Source: a virus (taxonomy: Duplodnaviria; Heunggongvirae; Uroviricota; Caudoviricetes). From it: a stretch of DNA of 9,302 nucleotides. A model generated the notes under the pieces. That model was not told where the DNA came from. It ran no database searches and saw only the letters and a program-made list of their open reading frames with translations. The number at the start of each line of letters is the position of its first letter. The first letter of the stretch is position 1. Below, one piece after another: positions 1 through 6,566 of this stretch. The stretch lies in the IMG/VR virus record IMGVR_UViG_2711768034_000012. One strand, written 5' to 3'. A program made the translations under genes and the position numbers.

Positions 1-267
1 TGTTCAGCAGATTATCAGGCGCAACTGAAGCGGCATAATCTGCGTGGAAGTATGAGCGCAAAAGGTTGCTGCTACGATAATGCCTGCGTGGAAAGCTTCT
101 TTCATTCGCTGAAAGTGGAATGTATCCATGGAGAACACTTTATCAGCCGGGAAATAATGCGGGCAACGGTGTTTAATTATATCGAATGTGATTACAATCG
201 GTGGCGGCGGCACAGTTGGTGTGGCGGCCTCAGTCCGGAACAATTTGAAAACAAGAACCTCGCTTAG
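1..267 (+). CDS. insF: IS3 transposase OrfB (InsF, DDE integrase-type), C-terminal fragment; N-terminus lies outside the window
   Basis: Open frame from window base 1 to the TAG at 265-267. The ORF-track protein 52..267 is the tail of the same frame. Confidence 0.88.
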
Positions 268-297
268 GCCTGTGTCCATATTACGTGGGTAGGATCA
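259..297. repeat. IS3 right terminal inverted repeat (about 39 bp)
   Basis: Terminal sequence after the transposase stop; identified from the recalled IS3 end sequence. The partner repeat is outside the window. Confidence 0.65.
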
Positions 298-386
298 ATC
301 CCCGGTTCAAAGCTCTGCTGAACAATTGCGATCTTTTCCTGTGTGGTACGCCGTCTGCGTTTCTCCGGCCCTAAGACATCAATCAT
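298..386 (-). pseudogene. insC: IS2 OrfA (InsC) 5' fragment, interrupted after about 29 codons by IS3
   Basis: Minus-strand ATG at 386-384 translates as [29 protein letters not shown], then runs into the IS3 end at 297/298. Confidence 0.8.
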
Positions 387-477
387 CTGTTCTCCAATGA
401 CTAGTCTAAAAACTAGTATTAAGACTATCACTTATTTAAGTGATATTGGTTGTCTGGAGATTCAGGGGGCCAGTCTA
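298..477 (-). mobile_element. IS2 left end (IRL plus the start of orfA/insC) in inverted orientation, truncated by the IS3 insertion
   Basis: The reverse complement of 298-477 reads TAGACTGGCCCCCTGAATCTCCAGACAACCAATATCACTTAAATAAGTGATAGTCTTAATACTAGTTTTTAGACTAGTCATTGGAGAACAGATGATTGATGTCTTAGGGCCGGAGAAACGCAGACGGCGTACCACACAGGAAAAGATCGCAATTGTTCAGCAGAGCTTTGAACCGGGGAT, which is the IS2 left end as I recall it. Confidence 0.85.
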
Positions 478-828
478 ACTGTATGTCACGGGCATACAGG
501 AAAAGACATCATGCTCGGTAAAACGTATACCAAAGCAGAATGCAAAGCACTCTTGAATAAAGACCTTGCCACTGTCGCCAGACAAATTAACCCGTACATC
601 GAAGTCGATATACCGGAAACAACGCGCGGCGCTCTTTACTCATTCGTTTACAACGTGGGTGCTGGCAATTTCAGAACATCGACGCTTCTTCGCAAAATAA
701 ACCAGGGCGATATCAAAGGCGCATGTGATCAGCTACGTCGCTGGACATATGCTGGCGGTAAGCAATGGAAAGGTCTCATGACTCGTCGTGAGATTGAGCG
801 TGAAATCTGTTTGTGGGGTCAGCAATGA
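478..828 (+). pseudogene. Phage endolysin R (P21/DLP12-type lysozyme, GH24 family), 3' portion only; 5' part severed by the IS2/IS3 insertions
   Basis: From 478 the frame reads [116 protein letters not shown], matching the C-terminal two thirds of P21-type SAR endolysins. The membrane-anchor and catalytic-Glu region is not present in this copy. The track ORF 343..828 gains its N-terminus by reading through IS2 sequence. Confidence 0.82.
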
Positions 829-1289
829 ACAGAGTAACCGCGATTATCTCCGCTCTGGTTATCTGCATCATCGTCTGCCTGTCATGGGCTGTTAATCATT
901 ACCGTGATAACGCCATTACCTACAAAGCCCAGCGCGACAAAAATGCCAGAGAACTGAAGCTGGCGAACGCGGCAATTACTGACATGCAGATGCGCCAGCG
1001 TGATGTTGCTGCACTGGATGAAAAATACACGAAGGAGTTAGCTAATGCGAAAGCTGAAAATGATGCTCTGCGTGATGATGTTGCCGCTGGTCGTCGTCGG
1101 TTGCACATCAAAGCAGTCTGTCAGTCAGTGCGTGAAGCCACCACCGCCTCCGGCGTGGATAATGCAGCCTCCCCCCGACTGGCAGACACCGCTGAACGGG
1201 ATTATTTCACCCTCCGGGAACGACTGGTAATGATGCAGGCCCAACTTGAAGGTGCTCAGCAATACATAACCGAACAGTGTTTAAAGTAA
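825..1289 (+). CDS. rz: Rz-type i-spanin (inner-membrane spanin subunit)
   Basis: ATG at 825 overlaps the endolysin stop (ATGA). Protein [23 protein letters not shown]... has an N-terminal TM helix followed by a charged coiled-coil periplasmic domain and matches Rz/RzpD-like proteins. Lysis-cassette synteny R-Rz-Rz1. Confidence 0.85.
   Translation: MNRVTAIISALVICIIVCLSWAVNHYRDNAITYKAQRDKNARELKLANAAITDMQMRQRDVAALDEKYTKELANAKAENDALRDDVAAGRRRLHIKAVCQSVREATTASGVDNAASPRLADTAERDYFTLRERLVMMQAQLEGAQQYITEQCLK
1045..1230 (+). CDS. rz1: Rz1-type o-spanin lipoprotein, embedded in the +1 frame of Rz
   Basis: 61 aa [24 protein letters not shown]... with a lipobox (VVGC) and a proline-rich mature region ([15 protein letters not shown]); lies entirely inside Rz. 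Confidence 0.85.
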   Translation: MRKLKMMLCVMMLPLVVVGCTSKQSVSQCVKPPPPPAWIMQPPPDWQTPLNGIISPSGNDW

Positions 1290-1360
1290 AATCTTAACTA
1301 CAATATGATTCATTTTGATGATTGTTTCATAAGGAACAGTGAAGTAAGATCTAAGAGGAG

Positions 1361-1387
1361 TTAAATTTTATACAGTATAATCATAAT
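1361..1387 (+). promoter_or_regulatory. Candidate sigma70 promoter upstream of trkG (-35 TTAAAT 1361-1366, -10 CATAAT 1382-1387, 15-bp spacer)
   Basis: Hexamer matches in the AT-rich spacer 1290-1426. Such matches are common by chance in AT-rich DNA. Confidence 0.2.
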
Positions 1388-1426
1388 ATTGCAGCAAGGT
1401 GGTTATAATTGAAAGAATATTTAGAT

Positions 1427-2884
1427 ATGAATACATCTCATGTAAGAGTTGTTACTCATATGTGTGGGTTTCTGGTTTGGCTCTATAGTCTTTCAATGTT
1501 GCCACCAATGGTTGTAGCATTGTTTTATAAAGAAAAAAGCCTGTTCGTTTTCTTTATAACTTTCGTTATGTTTTTTTGCATTGGTGGCGGAGCGTGGTAT
1601 ACAACTAAGAAATCTGGCATTCAATTACGTACCCGTGATGGGTTTATTATAATTGTAATGTTTTGGATTTTGTTTTCTGTTATTAGTGCATTCCCTTTAT
1701 GGATTGACTCAGAACTTAATTTAACGTTCATTGATGCTCTGTTTGAAGGGGTTTCTGGAATAACAACAACAGGAGCAACTGTAATTGATGATGTTAGTTC
1801 ATTACCTCGGGCATATTTGTACTATCGGTCACAGTTAAATTTTATAGGTGGTTTAGGAGTTATTGTTCTGGCGGTTGCTGTATTGCCATTATTGGGTATT
1901 GGTGGTGCAAAGCTTTATCAGTCAGAAATGCCGGGGCCATTTAAGGATGACAAACTCACTCCCCGCCTGGCCGATACGTCACGGACACTGTGGATAACTT
2001 ATTCTTTATTAGGTATTGCTTGTATTGTCTGTTATAGACTTGCAGGAATGCCTTTGTTTGATGCTATTTGTCACGGGATTTCCACAGTTTCGCTTGGTGG
2101 TTTCTCAACTCATAGCGAGAGTATCGGATATTTTAATAACTATTTGGTTGAGCTGGTGGCTGGTTCTTTTTCCCTGCTATCGGCTTTCAACTTCACTCTT
2201 TGGTATATTGTTATTAGCAGGAAAACGATAAAACCTTTAATCAGAGATATTGAACTTCGTTTCTTTCTGTTAATAGCCTTAGGGGTGATCATTGTTACCT
2301 CTTTCCAGGTCTGGCATATAGGTATGTATGACTTGCATGGAAGTTTTATTCATTCGTTTTTTCTTGCCAGCTCCATGCTCACTGATAATGGTTTAGCTAC
2401 GCAGGATTATGCAAACTGGCCCACGCACACGATAGTGTTTTTGCTGTCGTCAAGTTTCTTTGGGGGATGTATAGGTTCAACTTGTGGTGGAATTAAGTCA
2501 CTTCGATTTCTTATACTTTTCAAACAAAGCAAACACGAGATAAATCAGCTTTCTCATCCCAGAGCGTTGTTGAGTGTAAATGTAGGAGGGAAGATAGTTA
2601 CAGATCGTGTAATGAGGTCTGTATGGAGTTTCTTTTTTCTTTATACTCTCTTCACGGTGTTTTTTATACTGGTGTTAAATGGTATGGGATATGATTTTCT
2701 TACATCATTTGCAACAGTGGCTGCATGTATTAATAATATGGGATTAGGTTTTGGGGCTACTGCATCGTCATTCGGAGTGCTTAATGACATTGCAAAATAT
2801 TTAATGTGCATAGCTATGATTCTTGGTCGCCTTGAAATTTATCCTGTTATTATATTGTTTTCAGGTTTTTTTTGGCGCTCCTAA
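1427..2884 (+). CDS. trkG: TrkG, Trk-system K+ uptake membrane protein (TrkH/TrkG family)
   Basis: 485 aa from ATG 1427 (MNTSHVRVVTHMCGF...), polytopic and hydrophobic, with the GxG-type selectivity-filter-like repeats typical of TrkH/TrkG. Strongly AT-rich coding sequence. The ORF track starts at an in-frame TTG at 1409, which sits 6 nt after an AGGTGG Shine-Dalgarno-like sequence, so the start is ambiguous. Confidence 0.9.
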   Translation: MNTSHVRVVTHMCGFLVWLYSLSMLPPMVVALFYKEKSLFVFFITFVMFFCIGGGAWYTTKKSGIQLRTRDGFIIIVMFWILFSVISAFPLWIDSELNLTFIDALFEGVSGITTTGATVIDDVSSLPRAYLYYRSQLNFIGGLGVIVLAVAVLPLLGIGGAKLYQSEMPGPFKDDKLTPRLADTSRTLWITYSLLGIACIVCYRLAGMPLFDAICHGISTVSLGGFSTHSESIGYFNNYLVELVAGSFSLLSAFNFTLWYIVISRKTIKPLIRDIELRFFLLIALGVIIVTSFQVWHIGMYDLHGSFIHSFFLASSMLTDNGLATQDYANWPTHTIVFLLSSSFFGGCIGSTCGGIKSLRFLILFKQSKHEINQLSHPRALLSVNVGGKIVTDRVMRSVWSFFFLYTLFTVFFILVLNGMGYDFLTSFATVAACINNMGLGFGATASSFGVLNDIAKYLMCIAMILGRLEIYPVIILFSGFFWRS

Positions 2885-2968
2885 TATATGGCTGATTTAT
2901 AATTGTGAGTTTAATATTATATTGACTCACTCATTGATCCAATACCTAACTTTACCAGCAACACCTCC

Positions 2969-3005
2969 GCCCCCAGTAGCACTGGCTGCTGGGGTGCGTT
3001 TTATT
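2969..3005 (+). terminator. Candidate intrinsic terminator downstream of trkG
   Basis: Hairpin CCCCAGTAGC/GCTGCTGGGG (one mismatch) with a 4-nt loop, followed by TGCGTTTTATT. Confidence 0.35.
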
Positions 3006-3021
3006 CATAAAGCAAGGCTGT

Positions 3022-3810
3022 ATGAGCGAGAAATTAAAGATAGTCTATCGCCCATTACAAGAATTGTCACCGTATGCGCACAACGCCAGGACGCACAGTA
3101 CTGAGCAGGTGGCACAACTGGTAGAAAGTATTAAGCAATTCGGCTGGACTAATCCGGTGCTGATTGACGAAAAGGGCGAAATTATTGCGGGTCACGGTCG
3201 TGTTATGGCGGCTGAAATGCTCAAAATGGATTCTGTTCCGGTCATTGTTCTGTCTGGCCTGACGGATGAGCAGAAAAAGGCGTACCGCCTGGCAGATAAT
3301 CGCCTACCGATGAATGCTGGCTGGGATGAAGATCTGTTGCGGATGGAGCTGTCGGACCTAATCAATGCTGATTTTGATGTCTCCCTGACAGGCTTCGGCC
3401 CGACAGAAATTGATGAACTGTTGACGGATGTTTTGCCCGGTACAGGAAATAAGGAGGAGCCGTATACGACGAAAATTGATACGCCTGTTTATGAGCCGTC
3501 GGGCGGTAAACCGGATATCAGTGAACTGTATGACGATACGAAAACTCAGGAGCTGATCAGCCGGATACGTTCGGCGTCCCTTGATCCTGATATTGAGAAA
3601 TTCCTCCTGTGTGCGGCAGAACGTCACACGGTGTTTAATTTCAGCAGAATTGCGGACTATTACGCTCATGCCCCCGCTGAAATTCAGTGCCTTTTCGAGG
3701 AGTCGGCGCTGGTGATCATTGATTATCAGCAGGCTATTGAAAATGGATTTGTCCGAATGACGCAGCGCATGGTGGCGATCATGCATAGCGGGGAGGAGGA
3801 ATATGCGTGA
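3022..3810 (+). CDS. ParB N-terminal domain (ParB/Srx fold) protein, YnaK-like, with no fused enzymatic domain
   Basis: 262 aa. The N-terminus (KIVYRPLQELSPYAHNARTHSTEQVAQLVESIKQFGWTNPVLIDEKGEIIAGHGRVMAAEMLKMDSVPVIVL...YRLADNRL) has the ParB N-terminal domain signature including a GHGR-type motif. It is followed by DFDVSLTGFGPTEIDELL, as seen after ParB domains in phage ParB-methyltransferase fusions. SD AAGG precedes ATG 3022. Confidence 0.72.
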   Translation: MSEKLKIVYRPLQELSPYAHNARTHSTEQVAQLVESIKQFGWTNPVLIDEKGEIIAGHGRVMAAEMLKMDSVPVIVLSGLTDEQKKAYRLADNRLPMNAGWDEDLLRMELSDLINADFDVSLTGFGPTEIDELLTDVLPGTGNKEEPYTTKIDTPVYEPSGGKPDISELYDDTKTQELISRIRSASLDPDIEKFLLCAAERHTVFNFSRIADYYAHAPAEIQCLFEESALVIIDYQQAIENGFVRMTQRMVAIMHSGEEEYA

Positions 3811-4735
3811 TGATTTTTGCGCCTTTATTCTGACTCACGGGCGACCGGACAAAGTTCTGACTTACCGGACGTGGCGTCGTGCTGGCTATACCGGGAAAAT
3901 TTTTATCGTTGTTGATGATGAAGATAAGACACGGCATCAGTACATGGCTGAATTTGGTGAACAGGTGCTGGTATTTTCCAAAGCCGATATTGCCAGTCGT
4001 TTTGACGAAGCCGATAATTTTGGTGACCACCGCTCAATTTTTTACGCCCGTAATGCCTGTTTCGACCTGGCAAAACTGGTCGGGTGTAAATACTTCATTC
4101 AGCTCGATGATGATTATCACGAGTTCCAGTTTCGGGTGGATCGCAACTATGACCAGGCCTATTTCCCGATAAGGAAACTGGATGCGATCCTTTCTGAAAT
4201 GCTGGCGTATTACGAATCAATACCCGCGCTTTCCATCGCTATGTCGCAGGGCGGGGATTTTCTTGGTGACAATGGCGGCCATGCTTCGTGGGTGAAACGC
4301 AAGGCAATGAACAGCTTTATCTGTTCGGTTGATCGACCGTTCTCATTCATGGGGCGCATTAACGAGGATGTGAATACGTACACGAATCTCGGTCGCCGTG
4401 GTGAATTGTTTATGACGATCGGTGCTGTCCAGTTAGGGCAGAAACAGACGCAGAAAAACAGCGGCGGAATGACCGAGCTGTATCTGGATTCCGGGACCTA
4501 CGTTAAAAGTTTTTATTCCGTCATGTATGCGCCGTCGTGCGTAAAAATCTCACTGATGGGCGCCAGCCATAAACGCATTCACCATCAGGTCACCTGGAAC
4601 AACGCTGCAGTAAAAATCCTTCACGAAAAATACAGGAAGAAGACACCCTGCATATTAATGGGGGTGACAAATGATTCCGTATTCGAAAGTCGAGTCTCTG
4701 GCAGCGTGCCGGATGACTGCACAACAAATCGCTGA
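3803..4735 (+). CDS. Soluble GT-A-fold-like (GT2-like) glycosyltransferase-family protein, hypothetical
   Basis: 310 aa. ATG 3803 overlaps the upstream stop (ATGCGTGA) and is preceded by the strong SD GGGAGGAGGA at 3791-3800. Motif order CAFILTHGRPDKV ... IFIVVDDED ... ARNACFDLAKLVGCKYFIQLDDDY parallels GT-A enzymes (PTYN-like first strand, DD after strand 2, ARN...DxD). No transmembrane segment is evident. Confidence 0.55.
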   Translation: MRDDFCAFILTHGRPDKVLTYRTWRRAGYTGKIFIVVDDEDKTRHQYMAEFGEQVLVFSKADIASRFDEADNFGDHRSIFYARNACFDLAKLVGCKYFIQLDDDYHEFQFRVDRNYDQAYFPIRKLDAILSEMLAYYESIPALSIAMSQGGDFLGDNGGHASWVKRKAMNSFICSVDRPFSFMGRINEDVNTYTNLGRRGELFMTIGAVQLGQKQTQKNSGGMTELYLDSGTYVKSFYSVMYAPSCVKISLMGASHKRIHHQVTWNNAAVKILHEKYRKKTPCILMGVTNDSVFESRVSGSVPDDCTTNR

Positions 4736-4922
4736 CGTTCTGGATGTTGATCTGAACCGACTGAAAGAAAATCGGGAAGCAATGACAAATTTTTACGCGT
4801 CCATCCGTAAGGGCAGAGCGAAAGGTGAAGCCGAGCTACGGGCGGCATTGTTTAAGCTTGCCAGAAAAGGGGATGCCTTTGCCCTGCGCGAACTACTCAG
4901 GGTGGATAAAAATCAGGACTAA
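4671..4922 (+). CDS. Small hypothetical protein (83 aa), possibly a DNA-binding or packaging accessory protein
   Basis: ATG 4671 preceded by a GGGGGTGA SD-like sequence. Overlaps the 3' end of the glycosyltransferase-like gene by 65 nt. Same frame as the downstream terminase-like ORF, separated by TAA plus one codon. Confidence 0.4.
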   Translation: MIPYSKVESLAACRMTAQQIADVLDVDLNRLKENREAMTNFYASIRKGRAKGEAELRAALFKLARKGDAFALRELLRVDKNQD

Positions 4923-4925
4923 CTG

Positions 4926-5552
4926 ATGAGCAGACCGGACTGGGGGGCGTTGCAGCAGGAGTATATTGCTGAATACACCCGCTCCGGTATATCTCCGGTG
5001 GCATGGTGTGAAGCAAGGGGACTGAATTACGCAACAGCCCGTCGTTACATCAAAAAACCTCCGAAAAATGCGCAGACAGAAATGCGCAAAACTGCGCAAA
5101 AAAGTGCGCAGAAAAAATCTGCGCAGACTGCACAAAAGCGGAACGGAAAATCTCAGGAAAAAAAGCCAGTATCCGATGCGTACCTGAATGAGGGCGATGC
5201 GGAAGAAATTTCGTTCTGTCCCGATGAATTCGGCGTTTCTGACCAGCAGGCGAAATTCGCAATGCTGGTTGCCCAGGGGAAAAAACTCGTTGAGGCATAT
5301 CGCCTGGCAGGATACGAGTCAGAGGGGAATGCGGCCTACGTAACCGCCAGCCAGCTCCTAAGAAATCCTAAGGTTTTTCGTGCTATCAGCTACTTCCGCA
5401 ATCAGTACCAGAAACGCTATACCGCAGACCTGGATTTACTGGTGAGTCAGTTGATGGCCATTGTCCAGGCCGACCCCAATCAGTTGGCACAATTTCGCCG
5501 TGTTAACTGCCGTTATTGCTGGGGCGAGAATCATCACTACCGCAGCAGATGA
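4926..5552 (+). CDS. Terminase small subunit-like protein (Terminase_2-type DNA-binding region), possibly C-terminally truncated
   Basis: 208 aa. N-terminal HTH-like segment (ISPVAWCEARGLNYATARRYIKK), a K/Q/A-rich low-complexity linker, then QQAKFAMLVAQGKKLVEAYRLAGYESEGNAAYVTASQLLRNPKVFRAI, which resembles the conserved DNA-binding motif of phage small terminases. Ends abruptly (RVNCRYCWGENHHYRSR*) with no large terminase gene following. Confidence 0.55.
   Translation: MSRPDWGALQQEYIAEYTRSGISPVAWCEARGLNYATARRYIKKPPKNAQTEMRKTAQKSAQKKSAQTAQKRNGKSQEKKPVSDAYLNEGDAEEISFCPDEFGVSDQQAKFAMLVAQGKKLVEAYRLAGYESEGNAAYVTASQLLRNPKVFRAISYFRNQYQKRYTADLDLLVSQLMAIVQADPNQLAQFRRVNCRYCWGENHHYRSR
5069..5133 (+). 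repeat. Array of five TGCGCA hexamers plus one degenerate TGCACA, spaced 8-15 bp, inside the terminase small-subunit-like gene
   Basis: TGCGCA at 5069, 5083, 5093, 5105 and 5120; TGCACA at 5128. Encodes the AQK/SAQ-rich linker. Confidence 0.6.
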
Positions 5553-5676
5553 AGCACCTACGATAACCAGAAAAAAAGCCTCCCCGGCTGCCGTGATCGC
5601 AAAAGCCAGTGCTGAGGCGATTAGTTGATTTTCCGTTATTCCTCCTGTGGTACTGCCCTACAGGGGGACGCATTGA

Positions 5677-6138
5677 ATGAGGTTATGGATGTTTATTCTT
5701 AATCAGAAAATTATCATTGGTGGAGAACGCTGGTTTACGCCAATGAAGGACTTAAAACCTGTAGACGGGTTAAAACTGTTGGTGGCAAGCAGCGATAACG
5801 ATCAGTATCGCTCCCGTAATGCATTAATCCGTCGCCACATTGAGAAAATGGATGCCAGTTTGCACGTCGGAACGAAGGAGTTTGATATTTCAAAGGTTTC
5901 CGAGGTGGATTCTGTTGATGATTTACTCATTGATAATGCCGCTCGTTATCTGCTGAAAGACTGGAAAGGGGTTGGTGAACTGGTTAATGGTGTTGAGGTT
6001 GCACTGGAATATACGGCAGAACGAGGGATCGCGCTGCTTAAGCAGAATCCAGAGTTGTACTGGCAGATCCTTGCAGAAGCAGCCAGCATCGCCCAGGGTA
6101 AAGAGCAGCAGAAGCAGGATACGATAAAAAAGCCATAG
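5677..6138 (+). CDS. Tail assembly chaperone (lambda gpG-like)
   Basis: 153 aa acidic protein. ATG 5677 is preceded by GGGGG at 5663-5667; an alternative in-frame ATG is at 5689. It directly precedes a -1-frame ORF and the tape-measure gene, the G/GT/H synteny of siphovirus tail modules. Confidence 0.6.
   Translation: MRLWMFILNQKIIIGGERWFTPMKDLKPVDGLKLLVASSDNDQYRSRNALIRRHIEKMDASLHVGTKEFDISKVSEVDSVDDLLIDNAARYLLKDWKGVGELVNGVEVALEYTAERGIALLKQNPELYWQILAEAASIAQGKEQQKQDTIKKP
6126..6132 (+). promoter_or_regulatory. Candidate -1 programmed ribosomal frameshift slippery heptamer A-AAA-AAG
   Basis: In-frame X-XXY-YYZ heptamer two codons before the chaperone stop (TAG 6136-6138). The -1 frame is open from here through 6446. 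Confidence 0.5.
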
Positions 6139-6446
6139 CTGCCCAGCGGTGGTTATCGGAGTTCGGGGGAGAAAGGGGGGAAAAGGCAAGATGGAAGCGA
6201 GAAAAACTCAGGTTGCCACCGATACCGGAACCAGAAATAGACCCGGTGCTTAAGGAGTTGTTGTACGCCTATTCGGTAATATCCCGTGCCCGACGTTATG
6301 CTGGAATGGCTGGGGTGCCTTTGCCTTTATCTCTGACAGAGATAAATGAATATTTAGCCACTCATCCGGTATTGATTGAGCGCGATGAATTTGAAGCAGT
6401 GATCTTTGCACTGGATGACCAGTATTTTCAGGAGCAGTGTGTGTAG
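6132..6446 (+). CDS. T segment of the tail assembly chaperone G-T frameshift fusion (lambda gpT-like)
   Basis: The -1 frame relative to the chaperone gene is open from 6132 to TAG 6444-6446 and encodes ...LPPIPEPEIDPVLKELLYAYSVISRARRYAGMAGVPLPLSLTEINEYLATHPVLIERDEFEAVIFALDDQYFQEQCV. The track ORF 6213..6446 starts at an internal TTG. Confidence 0.55.
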   Translation, partial: AIAAQRWLSEFGGERGEKARWKREKLRLPPIPEPEIDPVLKELLYAYSVISRARRYAGMAGVPLPLSLTEINEYLATHPVLIERDEFEAVIFALDDQYFQEQCV

Positions 6447-6566
6447 TTGTTAATTACGTACACTCTGTTACAGAGATGTGATGGTGTCTTTAATTAAATC
6501 GATGATGCTCCTGGAGAAAAGCATTGCGTGGCCTCGTAATCGCTATATCTACTATTATGTCGCCTG

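Larger units (their letters stand above)
1..297 (+). mobile_element. IS3 insertion sequence, right (3') end only; the element continues upstream of the window
   Basis: Frame-1 translation from base 1 ([88 protein letters not shown]) matches the C-terminus of the IS3 OrfB/InsF transposase as I recall it. The following sequence GGCCTGTGTCCATATTACGTGGGTAGGATCA ends at 297 with the IS3 terminal TGATC(A) motif. Confidence 0.88.

Noticed and set aside
4-279. Minus-strand ORF of 91 aa
   Set aside because: Antisense to the IS3 transposase coding sequence; no independent support.
400-445. Perfect palindrome TATCACTTA-TT-TAAGTGATA and paired ACTAGT hexamers resembling an operator array
   Set aside because: They lie inside the IS2 left terminal region (IRL and transposase promoter/binding region) and are explained by the IS2 assignment rather than being an independent regulatory site.
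343-477. N-terminal part of track ORF 343..828 ([45 protein letters not shown])
   Set aside because: This stretch is read through the IS2 left end on the opposite strand. The real endolysin homology begins at 478, so the extension is an artefact of the insertion, not a novel N-terminal domain.
479-499. Inverted repeat CTGTATG-N7-CATACAG at the IS2/endolysin junction
   Set aside because: A short 7-bp arm inside coding sequence is plausible by chance. It may have influenced target choice but there is no evidence of function.
920-1111. Minus-strand ORF of 63 aa
   Set aside because: Antisense within Rz/Rz1; low-complexity Ala/Ser/Arg translation.
2016-2231. Plus-strand ORF of 71 aa inside trkG
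   Set aside because: Alternative frame of an AT-rich membrane-protein gene; no SD and no recognisable protein features.
2922-2962. Possible promoter for the ParB/GT-A operon (TTGACT at 2922-2927)
   Set aside because: No acceptable -10 hexamer at 16-18 bp spacing. The operon may instead be transcribed by read-through or from an unrecognised promoter.
2823-3104. Plus-strand ORF of 93 aa spanning the trkG 3' end, the hairpin and the ParB-like gene start
   Set aside because: Crosses an intergenic hairpin and overlaps two better-supported genes out of frame.
3358-4848. Overlapping ORFs 3358..3786(-), 3779..4030(-), 3879..4172(+), 4621..4848(-)
   Set aside because: Antisense or alternative-frame ORFs inside the ParB-like and glycosyltransferase-like genes, with no start context or recognisable protein features; treated as shadow ORFs.
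4893-5298. Minus-strand ORFs 4893..5135 and 5050..5298
   Set aside because: Antisense to the terminase-like gene; the Arg/Phe-rich translations are driven by the TGCGCA/A-rich repeat.
5923-6189. Minus-strand ORF of 88 aa
   Set aside because: Antisense to the tail chaperone gene and the frameshift region.
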